From Mobula hypostoma (taxonomy: Eukaryota), in the NCBI RefSeq assembly GCF_963921235.1, contig NC_086097.1:17236001-17300000 (forward strand): DNA of 64,000 nt, in the 5' to 3' direction. The position numbers and the translations under genes are program-made. Shown piece by piece: positions 1-11,640 of the stretch. Numbering within the stretch: position 1 is the stretch's first letter; each line of letters starts with the position of its first letter. The notes beneath the pieces were generated by a model, which saw only the letters and a list, made by a program, of their open reading frames with translations, was not told the origin of the DNA and did no database searches.

Positions 1-922
1 TCGCTCTGACTGATCAACTTCTGCCTTAAATATACGCATGGACTTGGCCTCCACCGCTGTCTGTGACAGAGCATTCCACAGATTCACTACTCTCTAGCTA
101 AAACAAAATTCCTTCTCACCTCTGTTCTAAAGAGTTGCTCTCAATTTTGAGGTTGTACTCTTTAGTTCTGGATGTCTCCCACCAGAGGAAACAACCTTTC
201 CACATCCACACTATCTAGTCCTTTCAACATTCGGTAGGTTTCAATGAGATTCCCCCACATTCTTCTAAATTGCAGTGAGTGCAGGCTCAAAGCTGCCAAG
301 TGCTCCTCATATGTTAACCCCTTCATTCCTGGAATCATCCTCACGAACCTACTTTGGACTCTCTCCAATGACAACACATCCTTTCTGAGATATGGTGCCC
401 AAAACTGTTGACAGTACTTCAATGGTAGCCTTATTAGTGTCTTATAAAGGCTCAGCATTATCTCCTTGCTTTTATATTCTATTCCCTTTGAAGTAAATGC
501 CAACATTGAAATTGGCTTCTTTACCACAGACTCAACTTGTAAATTAACCTTCTGGGAGGCTTGCATGAGTGCTCCTGGGTCCCTCTGCACCTCTGATGTT
601 TGAACCTTCTCCCCATTTAGATAATAGTCTGCACTATTGTTCCGTTTACCAAAATACATTATCATACAGTTCCCAAAACTGTATTCCATCTGCCACTTTT
701 TTTGCCCATGCTTCCGATTTGTCTAAGTCCTGCTGCAATCTCATTGCTTCCTCAGCACTACCTACCCCTCCACCTATCTTGGTATCATTTGCAAACTTTG
801 CCACAAAGCCATCAATTCCATTATCTAAATCATTGACAAACAATGTGGAAAGCAGCAGTCCCAATACTGACCCCTGAGAAACACCACTAGTCACCAGCAG
901 CCAACCAGAAAAGGTCCCTGTC
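1..922 (-). mobile_element. CR1-clade LINE, 3' part of ORF2 (RT C-terminus), degenerate, runs off the window
   Basis: ORFs 646..924 (SGVSQGSVLG...KFANDTKIGG) and 162..689 (LYKTLIRLPLKYCQQFWAPYLRKD) are CR1 RT/C-terminal motifs, broken by frameshifts. Confidence 0.9.
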
Positions 923-924
923 AT

Positions 925-1225
925 GGCGCAACCAAGTATCCAGCGGTATAACTGGGCAGGCAGGCTGGGCTCATCAGCCTTGGTAGGTAGCCAGCCTAGG
1001 AGAAGAACAACTCTGATCTAAACCTGGGTAGGTGGGACTCGTTAGCCTTGCCAGGCAGTCTGTCTAAAAGAAGGAAAACTCCAATACTCGACCTACAGCC
1101 TTGCAGTTGCCCCAGTCATCACGGCTCGCTGTGCCGTTGTGGAATGCCCCCGGCCTAAAGAGTGGAATCAGTCCGTGCGCACGGATCCTCACTATAAACC
1201 TATGTAGCGCAGGCGGGAAGAAGCA
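925..1225 (+). mobile_element. RTE-clade 5'UTR-like fragment with a tandemly duplicated motif
   Basis: Two ~68-bp-period copies of a 'ggctc.tcagcc.tgg..ggca.c...ctaggagaaggaaaactc' motif; the same motif is on the minus strand at ~25365-25420. Confidence 0.5.
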
Positions 1226-3497
1226 AAATCCTACAGCGATGGAGGAGGGACACCTCTACGGTCACCAATGATTGCGCTGTTGCTCCTGAGGATTCTTCTT
1301 CCCTCCTGATCTTCACAAGCAAAGAACCAACCATCATTGTATTCTTTAAGCTTATTGTGTTTCTTAGGAGACATCTGATCCAGAATAGCAATCATTTTGT
1401 TCCCTTTACACTCGTGTACTGAAGAATGCCAACAAACAGACTTGAACCTTGAATCTTGAATTAGTGACCATGCTTAAGAAATCTGATTCCATTGATGTGG
1501 TGGTGCTAAAATCCTGTCGTGGAATATTAGTTAATATCTTCAAAGATCGTAGAATGCTGACAGGATTAGGGGAGGCTACTTTGCCCATTGAGTTCAAATT
1601 GGCACTGAGTATGACCACTACACATAATATTGTCTTTTGCGCATTGCACATTGCACATTGTTTGCTTTTCCATCACTGTAGTGTGCAGTTTTTTAATTGT
1701 TTCTTTTGAGCTTCTTTCCATTTATTCCAAGCGCTCATAAGAAAATGAAACTCAGGGCAGTATATAGTGACTTATATGCACTTGGATAATAAATGTATTT
1801 GAACTTTGAACTTTGAATCCCATTCCCCCAACTACTCCCTGGAGACTTTATTTCCAGATAGTTATCCAGGTCCCTTTTCAACTGTAGTGGAACCTTATGC
1901 TCTTATTACTGGTGGTTTACTCCAAACTCTAAATATTCGCTTTAAAGATTTATTGGAAAACTAATCCAGGAGACAACTTATTTTGACACAAGTGATGACA
2001 GTGAAAAATACACATGGCCTGGGGAAAATATTGTGACTATAGGAAAGAAAGCAACTTCTTCATTAAATTCCATTTGGGACATATTAAAAAGCTTTCATGA
2101 TCATTGGACTAGATTGGAATACCAGGAAATGAAACAGCCAATTTGCGCCCAGTAACATGAATGAAGTAAATGAAGGATCAGGAAGCATCTCTGGTGGAAG
2201 AAATGGGGTCAACTTTCATTGTTCCAGAGAAAAGTCAGATAAAATAAGTTGATAGTTGTAAAGAAAGTGGTTAGGAGATGATAGAAGAGAAGAAAAAGAG
2301 GGAAGACAGATGCTATAAAGGCCAATTGCATGTCTGGATGCCCAATTGCATGTCTGGATCTTTTTGACTGCTTGACTAAATTGTGAAAAATAATGATTAC
2401 TGCAAAGAAAACAAAATGATGAAACTTTGCATACCAATTGTCTTGTGTAATTATAAACCAGTTCAAGGATGGTTTGGGAAAGAAAACCTTGTAAATAACT
2501 CAGCAAATGCTTGGCATTTTTTCAATAATGACACAAACTTTAGCTGGCCAACATCCTGTACTGAGACCATAATTTCTGACTATAATGCACAATTTTGCTC
2601 TTAAGTAGTTGAGACCATCTACTTAACGACCTACCACTTTTCTAAAGTTCATGAAGTTCATTTCAATGTCAATGCAATCAAGCAGGTGTGATTCATATGT
2701 ATCTGATGGTTATGTGTGGTGAATTGCAAATTAGAATTACTTAAAAGATGTTTTGAAAACTCTTTTGTGTTTCCTGTCTAAGGGGGTGTTCCACCATATG
2801 TGAATTTCGGTTTTTGAATCTCCTTTGTGTTACAGATTTATTAAAATATATAATAGTCTGTGGTGAAAGAGAGTGATACAGGAATTAAACGAGAAACCAA
2901 ATATTGGTATGGAGCAGGTTTGAATAGGAAAAATGAATATTTGCTGTGTCACATGGAGAATGCAATTTTAATATTGAGGTTATCCACAACTTTGCTGCTG
3001 GGTTCTAAATCCCATTCACTAACCTCTCCTTTGTTTATTCACCTGCATTGGCCCCTGGTTAATGAATGCTTCAACATTAATGTTACAATTCTCTCTGCAA
3101 ACACAGCCATATTTATTTCTGGAATTTATTCCAGCACTTGATCAGAGATGTTCATGTCTTCAGCTGCTGAAACACCAATTTTCTACCATCCAGGCCATGT
3201 TCTGTTCTCGCTGCTGTCATCAGGAAGGAGGTACTGGAGCTGTAGGTCCCACAACAGCAGGTTCAGGAACAGTGACATGTACATACTTCAATAATAAATG
3301 TATTTTGAACTTTGGACTTTCTAGATCTTACCTCAGCTCAAATTACTTTTCTCACTCAAAACATTAATGATAACCAATATAAGATCAAGCTTTTGGTCAC
3401 CCATTCTAATATTTTCTTACATGCCTCGATGTCAAATATTGGTTAGGGAAAATCACTTCTGAATTATTTGCAGTATTTTTCCTTTTTAAATTTTGGG

Positions 3498-6180
3498 GCG
3501 GGCGGCATGATGGTATAGTAGTTAGTATAACACTACTACAGTCCCATCAGCCTGCAGTCAATACCTGCCGCTGTCGATGTTCACCCTGTGACAGCTTGGG
3601 GTTCCTCCAGGGTCTCCAGTTTCATAGAAACATAGAAAATAGGTGCAGGAGTAGACCATTCGGCCCTTCGAGTCTGCACCGCCATTTATTATGATCATGG
3701 CTGATCATCCAACTCAGAACCCCGCCCCAGACTTCCCTCCATACCCCCTGATCCCCGTAGCCACAAGGGCCATATCTAACTCCCTCTTAAATATAGCCAA
3801 TGAACTGGCCTCAACTGTTTCCTGTGGCAGAGAATTCCACAGATTCACCACTCTCTGTGTGAAAAAGTTTTTCCTGATCTCGGTCCTAAAAGGCTTCCCC
3901 TTTATCCTCAAACTGTGACCCCTTGTTCCGGACTTCCCCAACGTCGGGAACAAACTTCCTGCATCTAGCCTGTCCAATCCCTTTAGGATTTTATACGTTT
4001 CAATCAGATCCCCCCTCAATCTTCTAAATTCCAACGAGTACAAGCCCAGTTCATCCAGTCTTTCTTCATATGAAAGTCCTGCCATCCCAGGAATCAATCT
4101 GGTGAACCTTCTTTGTACTCCCTCTATGGCAAGGATTTCTTTCCTCAGATTAGGGGACCAAAACTGCACACAATACTCCAGGTGTGGTCTCACCAAGGCC
4201 TTGTACAACTACAGTAGTACCTCCCTGCTCCTGTACTCGAATCCTCTCACTATAAATGCCAGCATACCATTCGCCTTTTTCACCGCTTGCTGTACCTACA
4301 TGCCCACTTTCAATGACTGGTGTATAATGACACCCAGGTCTCGTTGCACCTCCCCTTTTCCTAATCGGCCACCATTCAGATAATAATCTGTTTTCCTATT
4401 TTTGCCACCAAAGTGGATAACTTCACATTTATCCACATTAAATTGCATCTGCCATGAATTTGCCCACTCACCCAACCTATCCAAGTCACCCTGCATCCTC
4501 TTAGCATCCTCCTCACAGCTAACACTGCCACCCAGCTTCGTGTCATCCGCAAACTTGGAGATGCTGCATTTAATTCCCTCATCCAAGTCATTAATATATA
4601 TTGTAAACAACTGGGGTCCCAGCACTGAGCCTTGCGGTACCCCACGAGTCACCGCCTGCCATTCTGAAAAGGTCCCGTTTATTCCCACTCTTTGCTTCCC
4701 GTCTGCCAACCAATTCTCCACCCACACCAATACCTTACCCCCAATACCGTGTGCTTTAAGTTTGCACACTAATCTCCTGTGTGGGACCTTGTCAAAAGCC
4801 TTTTGAAAATCCAAATATACCACATCCACTGGTTCTCCCCTATCCACTCTACTAGTTACATCCTCAAAAAATTCTATGAGATTCATCAGACATGATTTTC
4901 CTTTCACAAATCCATGCTGACTTTGTCCGATCATTTCACCGCTTTCCAAATGTGCTGTTATCACATCCTTGATAACTGACTCCAGCAGTTTCCCTACCAC
5001 CGACGTTAGGCTAACCGGTCTATAATTCCCCGGTTTCTCTCTCCCTCCTTTTTTAAAAAGAGGGGTTACATTAGCCACCCTCCAATCCTCAGGAACTAGT
5101 CCAGAATCTAACGAGTTTTGAAAAATTATCACTAATGCATCCACTATTTCTTGGGCTACTTCCTTAAGCACTCTAGGATGCAGACCATCTGGCCCTGGGG
5201 ATTTATCTGCCTTTAATCCCTTCAATTTACCTAACAGCACTTCCCTACTAACATGTATTTCGCTCAGTTCCTCCATCTCACTGGACCCTCTGTCCCCTAC
5301 TATTTCTGGAAGATTATTTATGTCCTCCTTAGTGAAGACAGAACCAAAGTAATTATTCAATTGGTCTGCCATGTCCTTGCTCCCCATAATCAATTCACCT
5401 GTTTCTGTCTGTAGGGGACCTACATTTGCCTTTACCAGTCTTTTCCTTTTTACATATCTATAAAAGCTTTTACAGTCAGTTTTTATGTTCCCTGCCAGTT
5501 TTCTCTCATAATCTTTTTTCCCCTTCCTAATTAAGCCCTTTGTCCTCCTCTGCTGAACTCTGAATTTCTCCCAGTCCTCAGGTGAGCCACTTTTTCTGGC
5601 TAATTTGTATGCTTCTTCTTTGGAATTGATACTATCCCTAATTTCTCTTGTCAGCCACAGGTGCACTACCTTCCTTGATTTATTCTTTTGCCAAACTGGG
5701 ATGAACAATTGTTGTAGTTCATGCAACCTTTAAATGCTTGCCATTGCATATCCACCATCAATCCTTTAAGAGTCATTTGCCAGTCTATTTTAGCTAATTC
5801 ACGTCTCATACCTTCAAAGTTACCCCTCTTTAAGTTCAGAACCTTTGTTTCTGAATTAACTATGTCACTCTTCATCTTAATGACGAATTCCACCATATTA
5901 TGGTCACTCTTACCCAAGGGGCCTCTCACGACAAGATCGCTAATTAACCCTTCCTCATTGCTCAAAACCCAGTCCAGAATAGCCTGCTCTCTAGTTGGTT
6001 CCTCGACATGTTGGTTCAAAAAACCATCCCGCATACATTCCAAGAAATCCTCTTCCTCAGCACCTTTACCAATTTCCTTGCACATTCCAAATATGTATTA
6101 GTAAGTTAATTGGTCACGTGTGTAATTGGATGGCAGAGGCTCATGGGGCAGAAAGGCTTGGTACTGTGCTGTATTTTTAA
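3498..6180 (+). mobile_element. tRNA-derived V-SINE (HE1-like), split by a CR1 insertion (pieces ~3498-3623 and ~6076-6180)
   Basis: A-box-like head 'ggcatgatggtatagtagttag' and V-core 'cctccagggtctccagtttc'; resumes as 'cacattccaaa...ttaattggtcac...gtgctgtat'. Confidence 0.75.
3624..6075 (-). mobile_element. Young 5'-truncated CR1 LINE (end of endonuclease region, RT, C-terminus, 3'UTR)
   Basis: Abutting ORFs 5666..6085, 4296..5726 (KSPGPDG, NYRPVSLTS, LDFQKAFDKV, GVPQGSVLGP, KFADD) and 3714..4208; (TTTCTATG)n tail at ~3624-3638. Confidence 0.97.
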
Positions 6181-6269
6181 GAAAAAAAGAAAACGTTTTG
6201 TCTAAATTCATATTGAGAAGTTGAAAAGCAAAAACAGTCAATGCTTTAACACTAATGTTTAAAAAAAGG

Positions 6270-6410
6270 CTAGAAGAACTCAGCTGGTCATACAGTATCT
6301 GTGGAGAGGGACGGGTCAATAATACCATGAAAGGTCATCAGCCTGGAATGTTGACTTTGTTTCCCTTTCCCCTGCATGCTGCCGGGCACGCTTCTAGCAT
6401 TTTTTGTTTT
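6270..6410. mobile_element. Degenerate inverted pair of Penelope-type terminal repeat
   Basis: Weak similarity on both strands to the 9693-10001 family ('gaactcagc...tca..cag.atctgtggagagg' / 'catgaaaggtc...gaatgttgact...atgctgcc'). Confidence 0.45.
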
Positions 6411-6796
6411 TAAGCTGCAAACTCTTCGAAATTGCAGTTCTGGCCTCATAGCTACGTTCATTGTTTCACGTCTGATCCAAGAGCCAGCACTCCCAGCATT
6501 GAAGCATCTGTGTTCAACTATGCTCTAGATATGGTGGCATGGGAACCTCATGAGATACTTTAATGGTTTTAATCCCAAAGTATATCACGATGTGATAAAA
6601 GTTTAAATCCTCCTTAAGCATTTACTGGGCTGACATTTCAAAGAAAATAAATTAGGATTCTTTAACCATGGAAAATCAATTAGCACTTTAACCAATATAA
6701 CTGTAAATATTGTCATTTTTCAGTAAACATCTATAAGGCATAGAACATGTCTATTACACAGAACGTCGAAACACATCTACCTATTTGGTCATTCCT

Positions 6797-7165
6797 CATG
6801 TGCTGTATTGTATGACATGGGCAATCATGGATTTCTCATGACTGTGATTGTTCTTGGTTAATTTTTCTGCAGAAGTGGTTTGCCACTGCCTTCTCCTGGC
6901 AGTGTCTTTGCAAGATGTGTGATCCCAGCCATGATCAATACTCTTCAGAGATTGTCTGTCTGGCATCAGTGGTTGCATAACCTGGACTTGTGATGTGCAC
7001 CAGCTGCTTGTACGACCATCCACCATCTCCCCCCGGTGGCTTCACATGACCCTGATCGGGGCGGGGGGAGGGGTGCTAAGCAGATGCTATACCTTGCCTA
7101 AGGATGACCTGCAGGCTAGTAGAGGGAAGGGTTGCCTAGTAGAGACATTTCCCCACACCACCACC
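6797..7165 (-). mobile_element. Non-autonomous SINE-like element with BovB/Bov-A-like (RTE) 3' part
   Basis: Homologous to 32585-32960; contains reverse complement of 'agaaggcagtggcaaaccacttctgcag'. Confidence 0.65.
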
Positions 7166-8035
7166 CCAAATCAAATTGTCCTTGTTATATGACTGAGGCT
7201 GTTGCTGGCGTGTATGGCATTGCAACTCTGATGGAGATGTGTGTGTGTGTGGTCACAGTGATGTTGGTAAATAAATGTTATTGATGCCACTGCTAGTGGT
7301 GCTGATGGACACAAGCTGGCTGCTGAATATTCACTCCTGCTGCTGACACTCATGAGGGTGATTTGTCTTGTTTGGGAAGTAAGCCAGGGCTTCTTCGTAA
7401 ACTGCACATCAAAGTCATATAGATCCTTGCATTAAAGCGAACTGTGTAGAGCTCGAGAGATGGCTTCAGCTGAGATCCAGAAACACACATGAGCTACCCT
7501 GGAGCACTGATAAAACTGGAAGTGTCTATGTTTGAGTTTCAAAGTTCAGAGTAAATTTATTATCAGAGTACGTCTATGTCACCATGTACTACACCGAAGT
7601 TCACTTTCTTGCAGGCATTCACAGTAGAACAAAGAAAAACAATAGAATCAGTGAAAAACTGCACACAAGGACTGACAATGGACTAAATTAAGACAAACTG
7701 CGCAGATACAAAAACAATAATAAAGAAATAAATACTGTAAATAAACTCACTCTCTGAACCCATCACTTTCTGGAATTGCAGATCCCTGGAATGATTATGG
7801 ATTCATTCTGGTTCTTGCAGTTATTTTGGCTGTGACAACACTGTCTGGGGGGTGAATCTGGTTAGTGCTGTTATTTTGCTTGTGAATGTGATGTGTAAAT
7901 TACTTATTCTGTTTACTGTGGTTGTGGGATCAATGGGTAAATGCTGCTCACAGCATCTGAGGTTATAACATTGCAGGACAACTGCTAATTCTGTCATTCC
8001 TAGTGCCATTTGTGGTCAGTGAGGACAATTGTTGT

Positions 8036-8134
8036 CCATTTTACTGATTAATCTATAGTGGTGATCAATAGTGGTCCACCTTACTGATTAATCTACAGTA
8101 GTCAACAATAGTGCTCTATCTTACAGATGAATCT
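8036..8134. repeat. 40-bp-period tandem repeat, ~2.4 diverged copies
   Basis: Units start at 8041, 8081, 8121 (ttactgattaatct / ttactgattaatct / ttacagatgaatct). Confidence 0.85.
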
Positions 8135-8974
8135 TTTCAAATGCACTTCCTTGTTAAGGAAGAGGAGCAGGAAAGCAACAGTCTTTTGCCTCTACACCTT
8201 TGCTTTAAGAAATCATACCACAGGAAATAACAAGTACAGTTTTATGTATTGTGAATTGTATAAATAAAGGCAAAGAAAAGCAAACAAAAAGTGAAGAAAT
8301 GTCATTATATTCTTGCAAACAGATCCATCTGCTACAAAACAACTCTCAGTCCAAGTCGGAACCCTAGCAACCTGCAAACAAACAGACGGACGGACAGACA
8401 GAAAATCTGACACACAGGCGCTGTTGAAGGGGGAGACGTGTTTTGGATGAAGTGCTTCTTATTGTTCTCACGCAGAGTTTTTTCATACTTTGGGGGACAT
8501 TTTATCAGAGGGTTAAATGATTGTTTTAATTTAACACCTGGAGAGGAAACATTAACACATTTGTTTTTGCATATTTATGCATACATTTGTTTTTTTTTAA
8601 ATTCTTTTAAGAATTAAATCTGTATTTTATTTTTGCATAATGCAATGATTCCAACTCCTTGGCATGCACTCTGGCTTCGACTTGCTCACTCACTCGTGTC
8701 CCTTTCTTTCTCTCTGTCTCCTTCACTGATGTTTCTTGATCTTATTCTTTGCATTTCTTTTATTTTCACTGTCCTCTCTGTTTTTGCTTCTTTTGTTCAC
8801 ATTATGTGCTTACAGCCATCCAATTCCACACAGAATGAGTCTTCAAACCTAATGTCAAATCCACCCTGGATATCAACATTCAAACATGCAGATCTCCTCT
8901 CCTCAGCTAGTACTCATTCCCAACACCAGTTTCCCCAGTACAAACCCAAAGGTGGGCATTTGTGTGAACATGTG

Positions 8975-9672
8975 TCAGTGTGGACATGGTGGAGGATTAC
9001 AAATACCTGGGATATGAATTGACAATAAGCTGGACTGGTCTAAGAACACTGAGGCTGTCTACAAGAAGGGTCAGAGCCGTCTCTATTTCCTGAGGAGACT
9101 GAGGTCTTTTAACATCTGCCGGACAATGCTGAGGATGTTCTACGAGTCTGTGGTGTCCAGTGCTACCATGTTTGCTGTTGTGTTCTGGGGCAGCAGGCTG
9201 AGGGTAGCAGACACCAACAGAATCAACAAACTCATTCGTAAGGCCAGTGATGTTGTGGGGATGGAACTGGACTCTCTCACGGTGGTGTCTGAAAAGAGAA
9301 TGCTGTCTAAGTTGCATGCCATCTTGGTCAATGTCTCCCATCCACTACATAATGTACTGGGTGGGCACAGGAGTACATTCAGCCAGAGACTCATTCCTCC
9401 GAGATGCAGCACAGAACGTCATAGGAAGTCATTCCTGCCTGCGGCCATCAAACTTTACAACTCCTCCCTTGGAGGGTCAGACACCCTGAGCCAATAGGCT
9501 GGTCCTGGACTTATTTCATAATTTACTGGCATAATTTACATATTACTATTTAACTATTTATTACCATTTTCTATTACTATTTCTATTACTATTTATTATT
9601 TATGGTGCAACTGTAACGAAAAACAATTTCCCCCGGGATCAATAAAGTATGACTATGACTATGACTATGACT
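8975..9672 (+). mobile_element. Rex1/Babar LINE 3' fragment, young family with (TATGAC)n tail
   Basis: ORF 9126..9497 (LRMFYESVV...SHPLH...RHRKSFLPAAIKLYN), AATAAA then (tatgac)4; near-identical to 53511-54270 and 46764-47128. Confidence 0.92.
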
Positions 9673-9692
9673 AAATCATGCAAGTCCTCAGA

Positions 9693-10001
9693 GTTTTAAA
9701 ATGCAAACACGAGGAAATCTGCAGATGCTGGAAATTCAAGCAACATACACAAAAAATGCTGGTGAACGCAGCAGGCCAGGCAGCATCTATAAGAAGAGGT
9801 ACACTCGACGTTTCGGGCTGAGACCCTTCGTCAGGACTAACTGAAAGAAGTGATAGTAAGAGATTTCTCCCACTTTCAAATCTCTTACTATCTCTTCTTT
9901 CAGTTAGTCCTGACGAAGGGTCTCAGCCCAAAACGCCGAGTGTACCTCTTCCTATAGATGCTGCCTGGCCTGCTGCGTTCACCAGCATTTTTTGTGTGTG
10001 T
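9693..10001. mobile_element. Inverted (back-to-back) Penelope-like terminal repeat insertion with 14-bp TSD
   Basis: 127-bp arms 9740-9866 / 9878-10004, 11-nt spacer; TSD tgcaagtcctcaga at 9679-9692 and 10002-10015; each arm carries a hammerhead motif. Confidence 0.8.
9803..9838 (-). ncRNA. Minimal type-I hammerhead ribozyme motif
   Basis: Minus strand reads aguc-CUGACGA-a-ggg(ucucag)ccc-GAAA-C-GUC/gagu: intact core, stem II, palindromic ACGU in place of stem III, short stem I. Confidence 0.75.
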
Positions 10002-10142
10002 TGCAAGTCCTCAGAATTCCTCAGCTGCAGTGATTAACCGAGAATTATAAAGCAATGAGGAGGGAAATAAAGGCAAAATTTCAGGTGAATTATCCCTCAT
10101 CAGTCCAAGGGGATGCAAAAGGGATTGCTTGCTAAATTTATA

Positions 10143-10550
10143 TACACACATTGGCCACTTTATTATGTGCTTCCTGTACCTAACAGTGGCTACTGAGTGT
10201 GTGTTCATGGTCTTTTGCTGCTGAAGCCCATCCACTTCAAGGTTTGATGTGTTGTGCATTCAGAGATAATCTTTTGCACACCACTGTTATAGCGTGTGGT
10301 TATTTGAATTATTGTTGCTTTCCTGTCAACTTGGACCAGTCTGGCCATTCTCTTTTGACCTCCCTCATTCACCAAGTATTTTTGTTCCAGGTCTGCTGCT
10401 CAATTGATTTTTTTTTTGTTTCTCGCATCATCCTCTGTAAACTCTGGAGACTTTTATGCATGCAAATCCCAGGAGATCACAAATTTCTGAGATACTCAAA
10501 CCACCCCATCTGGCACCAACAATCATCCTATCGTCAAAGTCACTTAGATC
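10143..10550. mobile_element. Partial non-autonomous Tc1/mariner-type element
   Basis: Starts 'tacacacattggccactttattatgt'; homologous to 56988-57817 and 46705-47330. Confidence 0.7.
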
Positions 10551-10562
10551 CAGGTGATTGGT

Positions 10563-11252
10563 TAATGTTCCCTTTAATTTATAATGACCAGTGTGAGCAA
10601 AAAGCTTGTGCTGTGCAATTTTTTGCCCAATGGCAATAACACGTGCACACTGAATAATTTCTTCAATAGAAACAAAATAAATAAGACAGCTCTAAAATCT
10701 GCAGACAAATCATTGCGAACTCCATGTTGACAGCACTGTCCACGTCAAAAACTGGAAAAGGAAATGTGATTGTGTACAATCGTGAAATATATTTAACATG
10801 TCGATGTGGTCGAGGGTGACAACCTTTCGTGCACAGTTTAAATTCTCTTGCGCGCTAGTAGCAAAAGATGAGTGTGCCCACACACAGGCAAACCTTAGAT
10901 AGAATGTCGTCACTGAGAGGAACGGAGTTGACGACATTATTGAATGTATTTGATTTAAGATATTGGTGCGGCCTTTTTTTGGTCCGTTTGCTTTCTTTTT
11001 GGGTTTAGTATTTATTTTTTTTATGTTTTTGGGGGGGTTTTCTTTGCATTTTTTTCCTTTTTATTTCTTTTTTCTTTATAATTAACTATATTAAGAGTTA
11101 GGAAGTCTACTACACCTGTATTATTTGAAGTCTTTTTTGTACATGTTTATCAACAGTAAGATAATTCCAATCTCCTTTGTATCAATATTGTTATTCTGTT
11201 TATAATTTTAGAAAATTAATAAAAAGATTTAAAAAGAAAAGAAAGAACGTTG
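10563..11252. mobile_element. Probable MITE (TIR aatgttccct.taa / ttaga..gaac.ttg) with an L1-like 3'UTR and A-rich tail (~10908-11243, +) inserted in its right end
   Basis: T-rich tract, AATAAA and 'aaaaagaaaagaaa' tail; agaatgt (10901) and agaacgt (11244) flank the insert. Confidence 0.4.
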
Positions 11253-11324
11253 TTGCTGGTAGTGTGAAACGTTTATACAGATCTAATATCTGTAGAGATA
11301 TTAGACTGACTTCCAGTGAAGAGT

Positions 11325-11551
11325 CAGATTCATATTCAGACTCAGATTCATTTTATTTATCATATATACGTCAAAACATGCAGTTGCAGTAACAGCTAAT
11401 GCAAACTAAGGATGTGCTGGGGTCAGCCTGCAAATGTCGCCGCACTTTCCGGCACCAACATGGCGTGCTTACAATGCTCCGCAGAACAACACAGAACACA
11501 CACAGCAAAAGGAAAACAGCAAGCAGCAACAGCAAATCAACCCCCCCCCAC

Positions 11552-11593
<42 letters not shown>

Positions 11594-11640
11594 GTCCTCC
11601 AACCCCAGAACAGGCTGTCTCCTCTGCCAGTGGAGCATCA
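11325..11640 (-). repeat. Dispersed retroposon 3'-tail family with internal (CA)n; other copies ~13660-13800, 26420-26570, 40835-41190
   Basis: Shared 'aggatgtgctggg...gcc.gcaa.tgtcgcc...ttccggc.ccaacat.gc' and short-repeat tail. Confidence 0.65.

Noticed and set aside
1950..2530. Purine-rich stretch resembling a very old LINE (I/Nimb-like) coding remnant
   Set aside because: Too degenerate; no unambiguous motif
4296..5726. 476-aa ORF as a host gene
   Set aside because: It is CR1 ORF2 (RT), 5'-truncated and flanked by a frameshift and a stop
8036..8134. Repeat array as CRISPR-like
   Set aside because: Simple tandem duplication without unique spacers, in a vertebrate context
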